Below, one piece after another: positions 61,424-64,000 of a stretch of DNA of 64,000 bases (positions within the stretch are counted from its first letter, which is position 1; every line of letters starts with the position of its first letter). The position numbers and the translations under genes are program-made. The notes beneath the pieces were generated by a model that made no database searches, had not been told where the DNA came from, and was given only the letters and a program-made list of their open reading frames with translations. Origin of the DNA: Armatimonadia bacterium (GTDB lineage: Bacteria; Armatimonadota; Zipacnadia; Zipacnadales; JABUFB01); NCBI GenBank assembly GCA_039679385.1, contig JBDKVB010000005.1, positions 271-64,270 on the forward strand. Reading direction: 5' to 3'.

Positions 61424-62293
61424 CTAGATCGCCTCCCACAGGTACTTGAGCTCCGAGAAGCTGAAGACCGGGCCGTCCAGGCAGCAGTACTTGCCGTTGA
61501 TCTGGCAGTGACCGCACTTGCCGACCCCGCACTTCATATGCCGCTCCAGCGAGAGGAGGATGTTCTCGTCGGCAATCCCCTTGAGGCGGCATTCTGTAAT
61601 GACGAACTGGTACATGATGGGTGGACCGACCACAATCGCCTTCGTCATGGCCGCATCCAGAGCGAGGTCCGGAAAGAGGGTGGTGATGACGCCCACGTGC
61701 CCCGACCAGTCCGGATGGGCGCGGTCGATGGTCAACCGCAGGTCCACATCCTCCCGGGCACCCCAGGCCGCCAGTTCGTCGCGGAACAGCATCTCCTCGG
61801 GTCGTTTGAAGCCGTAGAGAATGGTGACCTTGCGGTACAGCTCACGTTGGGCCAGGATAGCCTGGATGAGCCCTCGCAGCGGGACGAGTCCGATGCCGCC
61901 ACCAATGATGAGCAGGTCGCGGTCGGCGAGAGTCTCCAGCGGGAAACCGTTGCCATAGGGGCCACGGATGCCGACGGTATCGCCGACAACGGTCTTGTGG
62001 AGCGCTCCGGTGACGTTGCCCACGCGGCGCACGCACAAATCAAAGGTACCCGAGGCGTCCGCTGCGGAGGCCATGGAGATCGGTGCCTCGCCGATACCGA
62101 AGCAGCAGACCTGGACGAACTGTCCCGGCTTGTGCCCCAGGGGTACCCCGTCGGCCATCTTCAGGCGTAGCAGCCTCTCCTGCGGCGTCTCCTCCACGAT
62201 CTCAAGGATGTCGGCCCTTCGTGGCAGGTACAGGTCTCGCTGTGGAGGGTGCTGCGCCTCGCCGTGAACGGTTGTGGAGAGTTGGTCAGCCAA
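61424..62293 (-). CDS. hydG: Hydrogenase gamma subunit: FAD/NAD(P)-binding oxidoreductase with C-terminal [2Fe-2S] (AsrB/PyrK-like)
   Basis: FNR-like 'GIRGPYGNGF', 'LLIIGGGIGLVPLRGL', and C-terminal 'CGVGKCGHCQINGKYCCLDGPVF'. Its stop abuts the hydD start. Confidence 0.8.
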   Translation of the reverse strand: MADQLSTTVHGEAQHPPQRDLYLPRRADILEIVEETPQERLLRLKMADGVPLGHKPGQFVQVCCFGIGEAPISMASAADASGTFDLCVRRVGNVTGALHKTVVGDTVGIRGPYGNGFPLETLADRDLLIIGGGIGLVPLRGLIQAILAQRELYRKVTILYGFKRPEEMLFRDELAAWGAREDVDLRLTIDRAHPDWSGHVGVITTLFPDLALDAAMTKAIVVGPPIMYQFVITECRLKGIADENILLSLERHMKCGVGKCGHCQINGKYCCLDGPVFSFSELKYLWEAI

Positions 62294-63338
62294 TCAGAGC
62301 CCCTCCCTTCCCATGGGCGGCGATCAGCTCATTGATGACGCCGACCGGGTCGATCTTCACCAGACACTGGCGCACACAACGCCCACAGCCGCAGCAGTAG
62401 GGCTTGCCATAGCGGGTGAACAGGTAGGCGTACTTGCGGAAGAAGCGGTGGCGAAGTCGCTCGGTGCGGTTCTCGCGGAAGTTCTCGCCTGTTGCGACCC
62501 TGGCGAACCCCTCCAGCATGCAGCCATCCCATTCGCGACGCCGCTCGCCCGTGGTGAGTGCCAGGCCCATCTCGTCGAGGACGTCCCAGCAGAAACAGGT
62601 GGGACAGGTCAGGTTGCAGGTCCCGCAGCCGTAGCACTTCTCAGCCCACTTCTCCCATACGGGGCTCTCAGCGAAGCCCGTGAACAGCAGGGGAAGAGCG
62701 GTGTAGTCGGAGTCGAGGTGGCGCTCCTGGGTGATCTTGCGGTTGAGGTGCGTCTTGAGGTAGCTGACCTCGCCGGCGGTAGCCTCGCGACTGGCGATGC
62801 CCTTGAGCATCTCGTCGCCGGCGTCGCTGCCGACCTCGACGATGTAGTGCTCCTCGTCGGGGAGAGGGGTCAGGAACAGCTCATAGCCGCTGTCGATGGT
62901 GGCGGTGCCCATGCTCGCGCAGAAGCACCACTCGTCGGGCACGCACTCGATGCCGATGATGCGCATCTTGGCCCGCTTCTCAAGATAGTTAGCGTCGGCA
63001 AAGTGGTCGGCGAAGGCTGTGTCCAGGGCCGTCAGTCCGTAGAGGTCACAGGTGTGGACCCCGAAGAGCACGAGTGGCTCGCTGTCGACCACTGCCGTCA
63101 CCGATGGCGCCTGGCCCAGTTCGTAGCGCAGCAGCGTCTCTTTCGGAGGGAAAGCGTACTTCTTCGCCGGGATGATCGTGGTGGTGTACTGCAGCACGGC
63201 GTCCGCAGGATCGGTCAGGTCCTCGAAGGCCCACTGACGGTCTCCCGGCCGTTTGTGGGGAGCGACGACGCGGCCCTGCTCCATGAGTTGAGCGAGCAGG
63301 CCCCTGATCTCGGCGACACTGATCACCTGCAGCGTCAT
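62286..63338 (-). CDS. hydB: Hydrogenase beta subunit: 4Fe-4S cluster protein (AsrA-like)
   Basis: 'CYGCGTCNLTCPTCFCWD' and 'CCGCGRCVRQCLVKIDP'. ATG at 63338 ('MTLQVISV...') chosen; the longer track ORF overlaps hypE. 8-bp overlap with hydG. Confidence 0.8.
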   Translation of the reverse strand: MTLQVISVAEIRGLLAQLMEQGRVVAPHKRPGDRQWAFEDLTDPADAVLQYTTTIIPAKKYAFPPKETLLRYELGQAPSVTAVVDSEPLVLFGVHTCDLYGLTALDTAFADHFADANYLEKRAKMRIIGIECVPDEWCFCASMGTATIDSGYELFLTPLPDEEHYIVEVGSDAGDEMLKGIASREATAGEVSYLKTHLNRKITQERHLDSDYTALPLLFTGFAESPVWEKWAEKCYGCGTCNLTCPTCFCWDVLDEMGLALTTGERRREWDGCMLEGFARVATGENFRENRTERLRHRFFRKYAYLFTRYGKPYCCGCGRCVRQCLVKIDPVGVINELIAAHGKGGALIG

Positions 63339-63399
63339 CTGGTCAGACCTCCTACCTCTGCGTGCCTCTTCAGCCCCGATGGGTTCTGTCCCGGAAGCC

Positions 63400-64000
63400 C
63401 TAACAGATTCTGGGCAGCAGCTCACCGGCGGGCATGGAGAGCACGCGGCTGGTCCCAAGCTCGGTCAGCACGGTCACACGCGGCCTGGCCCCTGGTCTCA
63501 CCTCCCCGATGACGACGCTCTCGCGGCCAAGAGGGTGCCTCTGGGCAGCCTGAAGCACTGTCTCGACATGATCCTCGGCCACGAAGGCCACGAGACGCCC
63601 TTCGTTGGCAAGGTGCAGGGGATCGAAGCCCAGGAGCTCGCAGGCACCCTTCACCTCGGGACGGACGGGAATCAGCCTGTCCTCGATGCCGATCTGGACC
63701 TCCGAAGCGAGGGCGATCTCGTTCAGAGCGGCGGCAAGCCCGCCACGAGTGAGGTCACGCAGGGCATGCACGGCTCCGGGAGCTGCCTGCAGCATGGCCT
63801 GCACCAACCCGTTCAGGGGAGCGCAGTCGCTTGTGATCGGCGTGCGGAGCGGCAGCTCCTCCCGGGCGACAAGCAGGGCGATGCCGTGGTCACCCAGGGG
63901 ACCGCTCACCAAGACTCGGTCCGTCGGCTTCACTGACTTGCACCCCGGCGGATGCGGCTCGTGAACCAGGCCCACACCGGTGGTGTTGATGAAGAGACCA
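63400..64000 (-). CDS. hypE: Hydrogenase maturation protein HypE (carbamoyl dehydratase), 3' portion; the gene continues beyond the window end
   Basis: Ends with the diagnostic C-terminal 'LPRIC'. 'DLTRGGLAAALNEIA' and 'DPLHLANEGRLV' are AIR-synthase-like HypE motifs. The reading frame is open to position 64000. Confidence 0.9.
   Translation of the reverse strand, partial: GLFINTTGVGLVHEPHPPGCKSVKPTDRVLVSGPLGDHGIALLVAREELPLRTPITSDCAPLNGLVQAMLQAAPGAVHALRDLTRGGLAAALNEIALASEVQIGIEDRLIPVRPEVKGACELLGFDPLHLANEGRLVAFVAEDHVETVLQAAQRHPLGRESVVIGEVRPGARPRVTVLTELGTSRVLSMPAGELLPRIC

Noticed and set aside
1-64000. Looked for CRISPR arrays, tRNA/rRNA genes, IS/transposase or integrase genes, prophage or toxin-antitoxin/defence-system hallmarks, and long direct or inverted DNA repeats.
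   Set aside because: None recognised. Intergenic spacers are short, mostly 50-185 bp with a maximum of 269 bp. No spacer shows cloverleaf-like or repeat-spacer structure. No ORF shows transposase, integrase, nuclease-helicase or phage structural motifs. This was a by-eye scan only, so tRNAscan, Infernal and repeat finders should confirm it.

Overview
This is a visibly GC-rich, densely coding bacterial chromosomal segment with about 50 protein genes on both strands. I recognised no rRNA, tRNA, CRISPR array or IS element. All functional calls come from motif recognition by eye on the supplied translations; no searches were run.

Contents in order:
- tsaE-tsaB.
- A secreted protein with a CBM-like N-terminal module.
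- A six-gene L-Ara4N (arn) operon with arnT first and arnA split into separate formyltransferase and decarboxylase genes.
- yebC, then a PreA-like flavoprotein with 2x[4Fe-4S], then a multi-PAS hybrid histidine kinase.
- A cofC/fbiD-like guanylyltransferase, divergent from a DUF362-ferredoxin gene and two translationally coupled thymidylate-kinase-like genes. The second kinase gene has a P-loop Lys->Arg change.
- About 33 kb dominated by secreted or lipoprotein glycan-active-looking proteins: GHL10-like, DUF4091/GH123-like, a 1481-aa clan-GH-A-like protein, a secreted ADP-ribosylglycohydrolase-family protein, a Tat-sulfatase and a DUF5107-TPR protein. purA and an ABC exporter interrupt this stretch.
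- Within that stretch, two paralogous ~650-aa, ~14-TM membrane proteins of no family I can name. These are my top candidate for an undescribed component, possibly glycan uptake.
- An FAD-oxidase, an SMP-30 lactonase and a FucI-family isomerase.
- A RegB-like membrane histidine kinase plus a stand-alone receiver.
- A complete group-3b-type (HydBGDA, sulfhydrogenase-like) [NiFe] hydrogenase operon with its maturation protease, and the 3' part of hypE running off the window end.
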